64,000 nt of DNA from Macrostomum lignano (taxonomy: Eukaryota): NCBI GenBank assembly GCA_002269645.1, contig NIVC01002151.1, forward strand, positions 136,085-200,084, given 5' to 3'. Position 1 is the first letter of the stretch. Every line of letters starts with the position of its first letter. A model generated the notes under the pieces. That model was not told the origin of the DNA and made no database searches. It saw nothing but the letters and a program-made list of their open reading frames with translations. The position numbers and the translations under genes were made by a program. Positions 1 to 14,738 of this stretch are shown piece by piece.

Positions 1-65
1 AAAAGTGAGTTTCGTTTGATGATCTCAAAGTAGCTAGCTGCAAGGCCTGCAACTCAATTGCTGTA

Positions 66-3000
66 GAGAAGCTGGTCCACCTAACCTACAGACACAACTG
101 AAGCAGCTCTCTCAGTCTGTTTGAGGCTTTGGCTCTCAGAAGGTGGTCCACCTAACCTACAGACACAACTCGAACAGATTTCTCTGTCTGTTTGAGGCTC
201 TGGCTCTCAGAGCCGCCGAGAAAGTTTAGTGCCGAGAATGCTTCAGTTTGTTAGAATGCAATCAGAACAGATTCCTAGAAAGTGAGCTAGTCCAGCATCA
301 AGGCAGAACATCTGGATGTGTAAGGAGAGGCTCTCGGAGATTCCTGGCTCAGATTATCGCCTAGAAGTGCTGTGGAGTAGCTGGTCCGCCTAACCTACAG
401 ACACAACTCGAACAGATTTCTCTGTCTGTTTAGGGCTCTGGCTCTTAGGTGGTCCACATAACCTACAGACACAACTGAAGCAGCTCTCTCAGTCTGTTTG
501 AGGCTTTGGCTCTCAGTAGCTGGTCCACCTAACCTACAGACACAACTCGAACAGATTTCTCTGTCTGTTTAAGGCTCTGGCTCTCAGAGCCGCCGAGAAA
601 GCTTAGTGCCGAGAATGCTTCAGTTTGTTAGAATGCAATCAGAACAGATTCCTAGAAAGTGAGCTAGTCCAGCATCAAGGCAGAACATCTGGATGTGTAA
701 AGAGAGGCTCTCGGAGACTCCTGGCTCAGATTATCGCCTAGAAGTGCTTTGGAGTAGCTGGTCCACCTAACCTACAGACACAACTCGAACAGATTTCTGT
801 CTGTTTGAGGCTCTGGCTCTCAGAGCCGCCGAGAAAGCTTAGTGCCGAGAATGCTTCAGTTTGTTAGAATGCAATCAGAACAGATTCCTAGAAAGTGAGC
901 TAGTCCAGCATCAAGGCAGAACATCTGGATGTGTAACGAAAGTCTCTCGGAGACTCCTGGCTCAGATTATCGCCTAGAAGTGCTTTGGAGTAGCTGGTCC
1001 ACCTAACCTACAGACACAACTCGAACAGATTTCTCTGTCTGTTTAGGGCTCTGGCTCTCAGAGCCGCCGAGAAAGTTTAGTGCCGAGAATGCTTCAGTTT
1101 GTTAGAATGCAATCAGAACAGATTCCTAGAAAGTGAGCTAGTCCAGCATCAAGGCAGAACATCTGGATGTGTAACGAAAGTCTCTCGAAGACTCCTGGCT
1201 CAGATTATCGCCTAGAAGTGCTGTGGAGTAGCTGGTCCACCTAACCTACAGACACAACTCGAACAGATTTCTCTGTCTGTTTAGGGCTCTGGCTCTCAGA
1301 GCCGCCGAGAAAGTTTAGTGCCGAGAATGCTTCAGTTTGTTAGAATGCAATCAGAACAGATTCCTAGAAAGTGAGCTAGTCCAGCATCAAGGCAGAACAT
1401 CTGGATGTGTAAAGAGAGGCTCTCGGAGATTCCTGGCTCAGATTATCGCCTAGAAGTGCTGTAGAATAGCTGGTCCACCTAACCTACAGACACAACTCGA
1501 ACATATTTCTCTGTCTGTTTGAGGCTCTGGCTCTCAGAGCCGCCGAGAAAGCTTAGTGCCGAGAATGCTTCAGTTTGTTAGAATGCAATCAGAACAGATT
1601 CCTAGAAAGTGAGCTAGTCCAGCATCAAGGCAGAACATCTGGATGTGTAACGAAAGTCTCTCGGAGACTCCTGGCTCAGATTATCGCCTAGAAGTGCTGT
1701 GGAGTAGCTGGTCCACCTAACCTACAGACACAACTGGAACAGATTTCTCTGTCTGTTTAGGGCTCTGGCTCTCAGAGCCGCCGAGAAAGTTTAGTGCCGA
1801 GAATGCTTCAGTTTGTTAGAATGCAATCAGAACAGATTCCTAGAAAGTGAGCTAGTCCAGCATCAAGGCAGAACATCTGGATGTGTAAAAAGAGGCTCTC
1901 GGAGATTCCTGGCTCAGATTATCGCCTAGAAGTGCTGTAGAATAGCTGGTCCACCTAACCTACAGACACAACTCGAACATATTTCTCTGTCTGTTTGAGG
2001 CTCTGGCTCTCAGAGCCGCCGAGAAAGCTTAGTGCCGAGAATGCTTCAGTTTGTTAGAATGCATTCAGAACAGATTCCTAGAAAGTGAGCTAGTCCAGCA
2101 TCAAGGCAGAACATCTGGATGTGTAACGAAAGTCTCTCGGAGACTCCTGGCTCAGATTATCGCCTAGAAGTGCTTTGGAGTAGCTGGTCCACCTAACCTA
2201 CAGACACAACTCGAACATATTTCTCTGTCTGTTTAGGGCTCTGGCTCTCAGAGCCGCCGAGAAAGCTTAGTGCCGAGAATGCTTCAGTTTGTTAGAATGC
2301 AATCAGAACAGATTCCTAGAAAGTGAGCTAGTCCAGCATCAAGGCAGAACATCTGGATGTGTAACGAAAGTCTCTCGGAGACTCCTGGCTCAGATTATCG
2401 CCTAGAAGTGCTTTGGAGTAGCTGGTCCACCTAACCTACAGACACAACTCGAACAGATTTCTGTCTGTTTGAGGCTCTGGATCTCAGAGCCGCCGAGAAA
2501 GTTTAGTGCCGAGAATGCTTCAGTTTGTTAGAATGCAATCAGAACATATTCCTAGAAAGTGAGCTAGTCCAGCATCAAGGCAGAACATCTGGATGTGTAA
2601 CGAAAGTCTCTCGGAGACTCCTGGCTCAGATTATCGCCTAGAAGTGCTTTGGAGTAGCTGGTCCACCTAACCTACAGACACAACTCGAACAGATTTCTCT
2701 GTCTGTTTAGGGCTCTGGCTCTCAGAGCCGCCGAGAAAGCTTAGTGCCGAGAATGCTTCAGTTTGTTAGAATGCAATCAGAACAGATTCCTAGAAAGTGA
2801 GCTAGTCCAGCATCAAGGCAGAACATCTGGATGTGTAACGAGAGGCTCTCGGAGATTCCTGGCTCAGATTATCGCCTAGAAGTGCTGTAGAATAGCTGGT
2901 CCACCTAACCTACAGACACAACTCGAACATATTTCTCTGTCTGTTTGAGGCTCTGGCTCTCAGAGCCGCCGAGAAAGCTTAGTGCCGAGAATGCTTCAGT

Positions 3001-3990
3001 TTGTTAGAATGCAATCAGAACAGATTCCTAGAAAGTGAGCTAGTCCAGCATCAAGGCAGAACATCTGGATGTGTAACGAAAGTCTCTCGGAGACTCCTGG
3101 CTCAGATTATCGCCTAGAAGTGCTGTGGAGTAGCTGGTCCACCTAACCTACAGACACAACTCGAACAGATTTCTGTCTGTTTGAGGCTCTGGATCTCAGA
3201 GCCGCCGAGAAAGTTTAGTGCCGAGAATGCTTCAGTTTGTTAGAATGCAATCAGAACATATTCCTAGAAAGTGAGCTAGTCCAGCATCAAGGCAGAACAT
3301 CTGGATGTGTAACGAAAGTCTCTCGGAGACTCCTGGCTCAGATTATCGCCTAGAAGTGCTTTGGAGTAGCTGGTCCACCTAACCTACAGACACAACTCGA
3401 ACAGATTTCTCTGTCTGTTTAGGGCTCTGGCTCTCAGAGCCGCCGAGAAAGTTTAGTGCCGAGAATGCTTCAGTTTGTTAGAATGCAATCAGAACAGATT
3501 CCTAGAAAGTGAGCTAGTCCAGCATCAAGGCAGAACATCTGGATGTGTAACGAAAGTCTCTCGGAGACTCCTGGCTCAGATTATCGCCTAGAAGTGCTGT
3601 GGAGTAGCTGGTCCACCTAACCTACAGACACAACTCGAACAGATTTCTCTGTATGTTTGAGGCTCTGGCTCTTAGGTGGTCCACATAACCTACAGACACA
3701 ACTGAAGTAGCTCTCTCAGTCTGTTTGAGGCTTTGGCTCTCAGAAGGTGGTCCACCTAACCTACAGACACAACTCGAACAGATTTCTCTGTCTGTTTAGG
3801 GCTCTGGCTCTTAGGTGGTCCACATAACCTATAGACACAACTGAAGCAGCTCTCTCAGTCTGTTTGAGGCTTTGGCTCTCAGAAGGTGGTCCACCTAACC
3901 CACAGACACAACTCGAACAGATTTCTCTGTCTGTTTGAGGCTCTGGCTCTCAGGTGGTCCACATAACCTACAGACACAACTGGAACAGAT
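66..3990. repeat. Satellite array, 236-238 bp monomer, with ~60-70 bp sub-repeat tracts near both ends
   Basis: GAGTAGCTGGTCCACCTAACCTACAGACAC recurs at 752, 988, 1226 and onward; short GGTCCAC(C/A)TAACCTACAGACAC units are tandem at 66-200, 380-560 and 3610-3990. Confidence 0.95.
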
Positions 3991-5080
3991 TTCTGTGTCT
4001 GTTTGATTGTCAGTTAATTTTATTTTCTACCTTTGTAGGAGCCTGTGGTTGATTTTGTTCGCCTGAGCTCGACGAGACTGACTGCGTTTCACCGAGATGA
4101 AGGTTAAAACGAACTGTAAAAGAAGATTCAAACCACTAATTGACGAGAAATATAGAAAGGTTCATCATAGAGCTGAGCTGACGAAAGCGGTTTCGATGGC
4201 TGAGTAAGCTGAAATTCGTGAGAGAGGCAATGACAGATCAATAACAGAAGCGGTCCCGGACCACGGAAGCAGGGAAGGTCCAGGAGACTATTTCGTAGAA
4301 AAAATAAGAAGATTAAGCCATCATCTGCGTGAACAAAAAGATGAAAGTCGGTAAAATGATTGGCTTATCATATGATTGCTCACCAACTCATTCAGTATAA
4401 TAGGACTGGTGTAGTCAAATCAATTTAATTTCAGTTTTAGTAACTTTTGTCGTTATTAAAAATGCCCTTCAACTTCTTGTAGGCTCGTACTCGGATGACC
4501 TTTTTTAACTAATGGAATCTTACGTTTGTTAACATGTATTTGAAGCATACACTTTGACCTAAATTAGTTTTAATGAGTTTACAGTTAGTATTTGATATGA
4601 TTCGGTATTTATTTTCAAAATGCTTTATTTTCATTCACCTTCTTGTATTCACGCGACGCAACTAACTAATGCGATCGTACATTTGTTTAACCCGATTAAC
4701 CCGATTAGTAATGCTAAATAAATTGGTTTGAACTTGGGATATTTTCATTAAATGACGTCGTAACCCTTTTATCTGTTCTTTTTGAGGATTTCTGTTTTAA
4801 TTAGTTCAAAAGAACAGTTTAAAGCAATAAATTTTCTACAACGAAAGAGGTCTAACTAAACCAACTGTTTTTTTGCGGTCCACCTAACCCGGTCCCCAAA
4901 ACGTAGTTAGTGAACCACCACAGTTTCCCCGAACTGGCTATTCCGTCAAGTTAACAAAAAGATAACCCTAGCTAGCCTTTCGCGTTGTCAAAACAGACTC
5001 TATTTTTAACCGGAATTGCGTGGTCCACGTAACGCATTAACATAACTCAGGTCCCGCTAAACACACAGACAGTCGTAAGA

Positions 5081-5405
<325 letters not shown>

Positions 5406-6555
5406 AGCCTGTTAAAAATTCAAAGCACTCACTAGTCAAGGATTAAGTTGATTAAAATCCCGCGATAAGCATGCAGTGCTTGAGAACCTTCAATTTAGCT
5501 AAAATTGGCTTCGCTTGGCAAAAGGAGTAATTCGCGTTCACCTGCAAAACCGGAGCCTCGGGCGGACCCAGCTGATGGTTCGGCTTTTATCTACGCGGTC
5601 GAGCAGCCTATTATGAAAGCGAATTGAATTTGCGTGCCGCCCCTCCGTTAACAATTGCGATCGGGTCGGGTCTCCCTAGAGAGCAAGATGTGGAATTTTG
5701 TATAGGGGATCTCGGAGGAGAGACAAAGACAAAGGGAGAAAGGCAAAAAGATGGAGATTGCCCAAAAGCAGACTTTTTAAAGGTTTTAAGGCTATTGTGT
5801 GCTATTTTTCTGAGCCAAAAAATATGCGCATTGCAGCATACCAAAAATCTTCTTCACGCTGTCATTTATAGAGAAGATACGTTTCATGGACTCAATTATT
5901 CCGCTTCAGCAACCGAATAGAGGTAGTCAGCGCTATTATATCATTTCCTGTTCAAGCAATGCAAGACAATACACACTGTATATGCGTAGAATAGGATTTG
6001 CTGAGAGGAAAAATTTTGCGAAACATGCATGATAAGCTGCGCATGTCACACACTTTCTGTGACAGCTGATTCTGGTTCGCATAAGATTACAGCGTTAAGT
6101 TAGAAAATATCGACAGCAAAACTATTTAACGAGTAGCGTTTAAAGTACAGAGGTACGCTTACAATATCATATGACTATTTTGGGTAGCATAACATATACA
6201 CAGCAGTACACATGTACACATCGAGATCGCCCGCGAGGTCCACAAAAATTCAATAGAATTTTACATCAACTAATGCTGCAAGGTATTTACATGGTTGTAT
6301 AGGAATGAATTATATAAACTGCATGCTTACAGCCCGAATTCCAATGCTTTTTGACACATTTGATGCGCTATATAAGCTTGTATACATGCACGTACATGTA
6401 ACACAGCATGACGGCAAAGATTATATTCAATATTAAACGTCGTCAATTGTGTCACCCAATGGGACATTCAATTATTTTATTGAAGCCTGACTTGCGAGAG
6501 ATTAAATTTGTTCTCAAAAATTTTTTACCATGAAATAGTCGAGTTATAAATTTTA

Positions 6556-8202
6556 CGAGGGGTGTCCCAAAAGTCGGTGCACTTTCTTCACACAGCCTTT
6601 TCTGACCGATCAGAAATATACTTTTTTGCGATTGAATTCGTCCAAACTGCAAAACCTTTCGTCCACAAATGCTTTCTTAATGGGAGCTAAATTTAGATCA
6701 TACCATAGACAAGTGTGTTCACGCAAAACGGTTCATCCAGTTTGTAAAGCATTTCGTCCCCTAGACTAGAGACCGAGTGTACTGTTCCTACCATAGTTAA
6801 CACCCAATTGACAGTTCGCTTTTGCTACCACTACAGCTACAGCAACGCATATCTTCCATTCTGAACCCGGCAAAACAGTCGAAGATAAACCGAGGCCTGG
6901 CGGATGCACACTTTGAAGAGAGAGGTCGAAGCTGCACTGCACGTGATTACACAGGAGAAGTGCCAGCAATGGACCAATCACACTGTGGGTTACTACGGCC
7001 GCTGTTTGGACTACGAAGACATTTTGAACTAACATTCTAACAAGAGACACTGTTTTTACTTTGTTCAATATCTCGTGATATTAAATAAAGTCGCTCCGTT
7101 TAGCTGTTAGCTGTTTGGACGAATGGTTTAGACGAAATTTTTTACAAACTGGATGAACCGTTTTGCGTGAACACAGTTGTCTATGGTATAATCTAAATTT
7201 AGCTCCCATTAAGAAAGCGTTAGTGGACGAAAGGTTTTGCAGTTTGGACGAATTAAATCGCAAAAAAAGTATAGTAAGTCTGTTGCAGTTGAAAAGAGAA
7301 TTATCTGCCCGTTAAAATGACTTTCTGTTTATTTCTGTATGTGCTGGCATTCTTGAGATATGAGCACTTTTCTGCCCCATCCCCTGTGCTACTTTTACAA
7401 ATTGCCATAGACCAAAGCTTACCTGATGCATGAAACAATGAAACATTCAACGAATCAACAAAACATCAGCAACATGAAAGCTGAGGAAAGAACAGTCAAA
7501 AGTTAATCAACATTGTCCTGAGGCTTCTCCACATTGTCACCACTGGGTGCGCTGCACACTTCTGCCATCGGCTGTGCATGTCGTCAATGTCGTCAATCAA
7601 CAAAATCTGAGCGCGGCATCTCATGAAGGAGAATTTGGCGAGTCAATGCTTCCAGGCTCCCACGACAAGCAAAGATTTGTCCATGCAGCAGTTTCTTCCT
7701 CTTTGGAAAGAAGGCAAAGTCAGCTGTTGACAAATCCGGAGAGTAGAGTGGCAGTGAGAGCAGCACAAAATTTGCCTGCTCGATCGTCTCCTCCGTTTTC
7801 TTGGCCGTGTGGGACGTGCGTTGTCGACATGCACAGCCGATGGCAGAAGTGTGCAGCGCACCCAGTGGTGACTATGTGTGGAGAAGCCTCAGGACAATGT
7901 TGATTAACTGTTAACTGTTCTTTCCTCAGCTTTTTCATGTTGCGGATGTTTTGTTGATTCGTCGAATGTTTCATTGTTTCGTGCATCAGGTAAGCTTTGG
8001 TCTATGGCAATTTGTAAAAGTAGCACACGGGGTGGGGCAGAAAAGTGCTCATATCTCAAGAATGCCAACAGATACAGAAATAAACAGAAAGTCATTTTAA
8101 CGGGCAGATAATTCTCTTTTTAACTGCAACAGACTTAATATTTCTGATCGGTCAGAAAAGGCTGTAGTGAAGAAAGTGCACCGACTTTTGGGACACCCCT
8201 CG
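6556..8202. mobile_element. Non-autonomous mariner-like foldback element with very long (~370 bp) inverted arms
   Basis: TA|CGAGGGGTGTCCCAAAAGTCGGTGCAC at 6554 and its reverse complement ending 8202|TA; arms continue 7274-7585 vs 7825-8140. Confidence 0.85.
6619..7271. mobile_element. MITE/Tc1-IS630-type derivative with ~140 bp TIRs, nested in the left arm of the foldback element
   Basis: TACTTTTTTGCGATT...AATCGCAAAAAAAGTA with TA duplication (6617-6618, 7272-7273); interior (6860-7040) resembles a decayed DDE transposase C-terminus (TLKREVEAALHVITQEKCQQWTNHTVGYYGRCL). Confidence 0.75.
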
Positions 8203-9204
8203 TATATTGAAAAAGAGCTTTTTATTGATCGAGAGTTTGATTTCTTGTGAACAGTGCAGTGAACTTCAGCCATCTTTTAATATTAGTCGGGGCAGTTGCG
8301 TGTTAATTGGTATGCAGTTTTTAGTAGTAATTTTAATAGCTTTGGTACTACAACTGTATTTACGAAGTTTTTTAGCGATACACACATGTATGACTGCTGT
8401 TCAACATGCAGTTATTTAGTACAGGTGCACAATTTACCGGATTCTGTAAAATGGTAAAACAAAAGTATATACCTATGCCTAATAAATTATTTTTAAGAAT
8501 CCTATAGAGCATATTTTTTAGCTCACGTTCTTGTAGAAAAAAAGTGAATTAACCTGTAATTGTCTGGCTCTTTGTATTGACCATGAACCTAGGAAACCAA
8601 CTTTGTGATTACTTGAACTGAACTATTTTCATAGAAAATGGACTGTGACCTGGTAGATAGATAGATAGATAGATAGTAAGATAGATAAGATAGGTAGGTA
8701 GGTACAGGTAGGTAGGTAGATAGATAGATGGATAGCATCATGCCCATTCTACAAAAATCTCGAATCTTGTAATAACTAGTTTAATAATACTTTTAACGAG
8801 ACATTGCGTGAGAAGGCCCTAGCTACTAGTAAAGGAGAATGGGACTCAGAAGTAAGCAATACATAATGCCGAGACATGGCCATGGCTGGCTGCTTAGCTT
8901 AGCTAGTAGTAGTAGTAGTCCTGGTCCTGACTGACTGTTTTAAGTACAAACTACAACTACAAAGGAAGACAAGTAGACAAGCCCTGTATTGCATATTACC
9001 ATTATTGGATTTGCAATCCAGCGGTGCGGTACTTACTACTTAATAGGCCTATGTATTATGCTGCATTTTAACATTAGTTGTTTTAGTCCATATTTCACTA
9101 TTTTAGCCAGAGACTAAAGAGGTAACTTGTGCAGAATCCAGATGGCTATCCATTGCAACTAAAAAATTGGTTCAATGTATTGCACTAAGGCTCAAATTTC
9201 TACA

Positions 9205-9486
9205 GCAATGGCTAGAGTTCCAGCACCAGAACCCATTTTCTAAAAGCTATAGATCTGGTATTCCAGTAGTGCAATTTATGGGTATAATATAGCAGAAATA
9301 TTTTACATCTTTAATGGCTGGTTGATAGTGAGATTTTGTTAAGACAAGATCAAAACAAAATGATGAGATTCAAAACAAGATACTTCTAATGTTCAAAGAC
9401 TTCATTAGTAGATAATTGCCTGCTGAATACTACTGGATCCATAGCCATTAGAAAATGGGTTCCAGTGCCAGAACTCTAGCCATTGC
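9205..9486. mobile_element. Old MITE with ~70 bp inverted arms
   Basis: GCAATGGCTAGAGTTCCAGCACCAGAACCCATTTTCT at 9205 vs reverse complement ending 9486. Confidence 0.65.
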
Positions 9487-10737
9487 CAATTTCTGCAGCA
9501 AAGAAAGAAAGGGCTAGTTTTCGAGTTTTTGTATTTAGCCAAGGCCCTAGCTTTTTTAAAGAGCTTATATGATTTGATATGATTTCTTTTATCTTATATG
9601 ATTTGATTATTTGGCTATAATATAGAAATTAAAATCATCTCAATTGAAGTTAATTGATAATAAATAATAATTAATACTAAGTTCTAAAATCAGCAAAACA
9701 ACTTGAACATTAACATTTTAAACTGTGTATTATTTAAAGCCATGGATGGCGAGAACTTGCAGCACTGGGGCATGTGGGTAATAGTCTACTTTGGTAACAA
9801 CCATTTTGGTAACAGCACTTTGGTAACAAAAAATGACTATGTACATTGATAACAGCCATTTTGGTAACAGCCACACTTTGATAACACGTGAGAATAATAT
9901 AGTATGTATTAATTTATATGCTTCAAAAGAATGTGCAAACAAACTTTAAACCATGCATACCATGCATACCATGTGTTTAACTTATTTAAAAGTATTTTAA
10001 TAGGGTTCAGCCCATTTTGGCAAAGGAATTTTTGGCAAACGATGTTTTGGCAAAGATGAATTTTTTGTCTACATAGATGCACGTTTTAGCGAAAAAAATT
10101 AACCACTTTGGCAAAAAGATACTTATACATGTACAAGTATCTTTCAAATTATTCATTGACTGCATTGGACAGATATTTGTAGTTCAGTTTGCACATTTTA
10201 AAACTCACAACTTAGCTATATATAGCTAGATATATGTATATCATGCAAAGTGCAATTGATGGATTGTGTAAATAAATGTACACGTTTAAGATATACATTC
10301 TGCAAACAATTTAATTCAATTAGGATATGTGGTTAAATGATACTGTCTAGAGCATCAATGAAAGATCTGTTTACGACTGCACCATTCAAACCAACTATTG
10401 TACTTTGAGGCAGCGTAGGCAAATGAATAAGATGCAAGAAGCAATTGCAGGGTAGAAAAAGTCACAAAGGCTTGAAAGGTCAGTGCACACTTATATTGTA
10501 GTTAAACTACTAAGTATTGTAGATAGGGCATATGATGTAATAAATAGTGATATAGGCACAAATTTTGGTTTGGTATATTATATGCCAGAGCACCCTTGAT
10601 AGTTTTGGTATGTATTGTAACATCATTCGAGTCAAGAGTCTAGTCTTTAACTATTTATATATTGTATATCTATAATTTATAAATTAAAATGATTGAAGTT
10701 TATTTATTCAATAAGAAATAGAAAGTATTATTAGTTT

Positions 10738-11032
10738 CAGGTGTGTTGCCACTAGGGGGGGGGGGAGACAGAGGGTACAAGTCCCTCCCAGTAAAAGCTA
10801 TGGGGGGGCATGCCAGTGCTTTGCCCTCCCCCCACCCCACCTTTGTGAACTGTTGTGGTAATCAATAATTTTTCTTCAGGGCGCCAAATTATAGCGCTTT
10901 TGGTGCCAAAATGAGCGCTGACAACACAATTCTTAAAATAATGGAAATGTAGGAATTTACTCATGTACATGTACATGTTATTCTTGGCTCTGTCCCCCAT
11001 ACCATACCATAAAATCCATGGCGACGCCCCTG
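10738..11032. mobile_element. hAT-type MITE (295 bp)
   Basis: Imperfect TIR CAGGTGTGTTGCCA / TGGCGACGCCCCTG; perfect 8-bp TSD ATTAGTTT at 10730-10737 and 11033-11040. Confidence 0.85.
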
Positions 11033-11134
11033 ATTAGTTTTAAAATGTTATTTGCTATATGACACACTTGATTTATTGCACTAAATTAATAACTAATATT
11101 TGTTAAACTTGCAGCTAGACAAGCCGCACAAGGC

Positions 11135-13460
11135 ATGGTAGTAATCCACATTAAGAAAGGCGATCAGAGCCAGTTCCTATTTGAAACCACAGTGGCCCAG
11201 CCTGTGGACGAGTTCATTGCTCAAGCTGTCCAGGTGTACAATGGTCGACTAAAAATTGGTCGAATTTGCGACGAAATTAGCGAGTTGGAGAAGCACGGCT
11301 TGACTTTGCCGCCGAACATGCAGGGCCTCACAGATGAGCAGGTGACCGAATTGAAACTGCGCGACGAATGGGGCGAAAAGTGCACACCCAGCGGGGGGTT
11401 CGTTGAGAGCCGCGATCCCATTGGGCGACGGAACGGCCGGGCTCCAACTGAGAATATTGTTCAGGTGAGAACCTGGGGTGGAGCTGCTTGCTCAGGCTAC
11501 AGGCCGCAAATCTTATATATCAATTGTAAAGTTTCCACAGCTTGTGAACCTTCTGGGGACATTGTTAATTGACTGCCAGTGACATTTGACTGCCAGTGAC
11601 ATTTGACTGCCAGTGACATTTGACTGCCAGTGACATTTGACTCCCAGTGACACTTGACTGCCAGTGACACTTGACTTTCAGTGACATTTGACTGCCAGTG
11701 ACAATTGACTACTAGTGGCATTTGATGACTGCCAGTGACATTTGACTGCCAGTGACACTTGACTTTCAGTGACATTTGACTGCCAGTGACATTTGACTGC
11801 CAGTGACATTTTGACTGCCTGTGACATTTGACTGCCAGTGACATTTTGACTGCCTGTGACAATTGACTTTCAGTAACATTTGACTGCCAGTGACATTTTG
11901 ACTGCCTGTGACAATTGACTTTCAGTAACATTTGACTGTCAGTGACAATTGACTACTAGTGGCATTTGATGACTGCCAGTGACATTTGACTGCCAGTGAA
12001 ATTTGACTCCCAGTGACACTTGACTGCCAGTGACACTTGACTTTCAGTGACATTTGACTGTCAGTGACATTTTACTGTGAAAGTTTCAATTTTTATGTTT
12101 GAAAAAGAGATCAACTTGATTGTAAAACCATTACGAAAACAAACCCGCAGGTGCTGTCCAAAACTCGCAAAGAGGCGCGGCAGATGATCAGCAAAGATCT
12201 GGTTGCTGCTGGCCAGGCTGTCAACATGGCCAGCATCCAGGAGGCCTTGCAAATCCTCAGCGGCGCCATGACCATCGCCTACCCAATGGGACTGCCGCCG
12301 CACGAGCCAATCAGAATGGAGCTGCAGAACGAGGAGGATCTCTCTGGGACGCAGGTATGTACTCGTAGCTGCGTTTTGGAGAGACAGGGCAAGTCTCATT
12401 GAGATATGGATTCGTCTCATTGAGATATGGACTAGTCTTATTGAGATATCGACTAGTCTCATTGAGATATGGGCAAGTCTCATTGAGATATGGACTAGTC
12501 TCATTGAGATATGGACAAGTGTCATTGAGAAATTGGCAAGTCTCATTGAGACATGGACTAGTCTCATTGAGATATGAACTAGTCTTATTGAGATATGGAC
12601 TAGTCTAATTGAGATATGGACTTGTCTCATTGAGATATTGACTAGTCTCATTGAGATATGGACAAGTGTCATTGAGATATGGACAAGTCTCATTGAGACA
12701 TGGACTATTCTCATTGTGATATGAACTAGTCTTATTGAGATATGGACTAGTCTCATTGAGATATGAACTAGTCTCATTGAGATATGAACTAGTCTCATTG
12801 AGATATGAACTAGTCTAATTGAGATATGGACTAGTCTAATTGAGATAGGGACTAGTCTCATTGAGATATGGATTAGTCTCATTGAGATATGGGTAAATCT
12901 CATAGAGATTGGTTTAATGGGGCTCATATCTCGAAGAGAAATAGCGCAAGTCTCATAGAGAGACTAAATCTCATAGAGATTTATGTATTACACCTCATAT
13001 CAGTTGAGGCAAGTCTCATAGAAATTTGGGAAAAGTTTCAAGCATCAAAAATATTTTATCAAATCTCATAGAATACAGGACATGTTTTTACCCGTCATTC
13101 CATCATGCCGCGCCATCGCAGGCGAGTCTGGAGGTGATCCCACCCGGCGACGCCTCCGCGTGGTTCTCCGGCAAGGAGATGCAGGCTGGCAAACTGCTTA
13201 GCGACTATCTTGGCCGCAACGAGAAGTGCAAAGCCATCGTCAAGTTGGCTAAGCGTGGCCAGGGTCCGCCGGCCCGCGAGCCGGTCGTCTCCGAGCAGGA
13301 GCAGAAAGAGATGATGGCATTCTATTATCGCAAACAGCAGGAAGCTAAAAAGCTGGAGGAGAGTCGAGACGATTCCTACATGGACAGCGAGTGGGCGGAC
13401 AGCCAGCAGCTTAGGCGGGCTTTTCACGGGCTGTCCGACATCAAATGGGGACCAAAGTGA
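11135..13460 (+). CDS. CFAP298: Cilia- and flagella-associated protein 298 (C21orf59/Kurly), 290 aa; exons 11135-11464, 12151-12354, 13122-13460
   Basis: Motifs LPPNMQGLTDEQ, DPIGRRNGRAP, YPMGLPPHEPIRME, GQGPPAREP, FHGLSDIKWGPK match the family; GT-AG phase-0 introns give a continuous 290-aa frame. Confidence 0.95.
11570..12075. repeat. 17-bp minisatellite (GACTGCCAGTGACATTT)n in CFAP298 intron 1
   Basis: Direct reading. Confidence 0.95.
12392..12890. repeat. 21-bp minisatellite (GTCTCATTGAGATATGGACTA)n in CFAP298 intron 2
   Basis: Direct reading; 7-aa periodic ORF on the minus strand. Confidence 0.95.
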
Positions 13461-14738
13461 TTCAAGTTCTTTGCTAATTAAATATCTTTGATGTCTTGAC
13501 TAATGAACACAGCAGTATGACACATTCCGTCCAAAACACCATTAATTCATTGGTTATTTATTTGTACCAACAACGTAACTGTAAAACGCAACGTAACTTA
13601 AATAAATGATCACTGCACTCGATCTCTGCCGTGCTTCAAAAGGTCTTGTACTCGTCGTTTAAGTCTCACATGAAAAGAAAGTTTGACGTCATTTATATTT
13701 TTTGTTTACTGCATTTTTTAGTTTGATATAAACCGTCAATCTCTTTTTCGCACCGCGCTTGCATTCCTAAGAATCCCACGATCTATACTTAACATACTTA
13801 AGGTTAAATATTCGATCTACTTCTAATCAGGTTAACTTAGGAAACGCTTCCCCTAATTTACTTGCCTACTGGCTCGTAGGGCTTAGATCGTCTACACGTA
13901 TGAGCCAAGGACCATTGTATAATATATACAACATGTTAATGCCCCGTCATATATAGTGGTCCTTGGTATGCGCACCAGTATTTCATGAAAATTACGCCGA
14001 AAGCAATATTTTCTCTCTTTGTAATAAGTCAAGAAAAAGAAGTAACCATGCTAAGATATTTAAAATAGCGCTGTTTAAACTTACATACATTTCCAAGAAA
14101 AGCACGCCTTTTGGCGCGCATTTCAAATTGATAGAGGCTTGCGCACTACCAATGTTTTAATCTTTACAACATTATAAACCAATCCATCTACAACAAAGAA
14201 GAACTCTTTATTGGATTTGTTGACTATGAAAAAGCCTTCGATAGCTTAAATCAACCGACCCTTTGGTGCAAAACGGATAATCAGGGTATTAAAGGTCAAA
14301 TGATGGAACTTATCAAGAACATGCATAAAAATGCCTGCTTCATTCTAAAAAAGATGATGATGATGATGAAACCCAGCCAATCCCAATATCTAAAGGTGTT
14401 CTTCAAGGCAACCCTCTCTCTACCATCCTTTTTGAACTATATATTGACGACATTGTTGAATATCTTGAACTCTCTAGCGCTAGGCGCTCTCTTACGAGAT
14501 CTGCTTTCCCACTCATCCTACTCTTTGCAGACGATCAAGCCATTCTAGCTAAAAACAAAGACGAACTTCAAGACACATTTACGACTATGGAAAATTACTG
14601 CAAACAAAATTACTTGAAAGTAAACGCAAGCAAAACAAAGTTCATGCAGGGCAATACCAGACAAAAAAACGACACAGATAGCATTGCTACAAAAATATAC
14701 TACGACAACCAAGAAATAGAAGAAGTAAATGAATTTAA

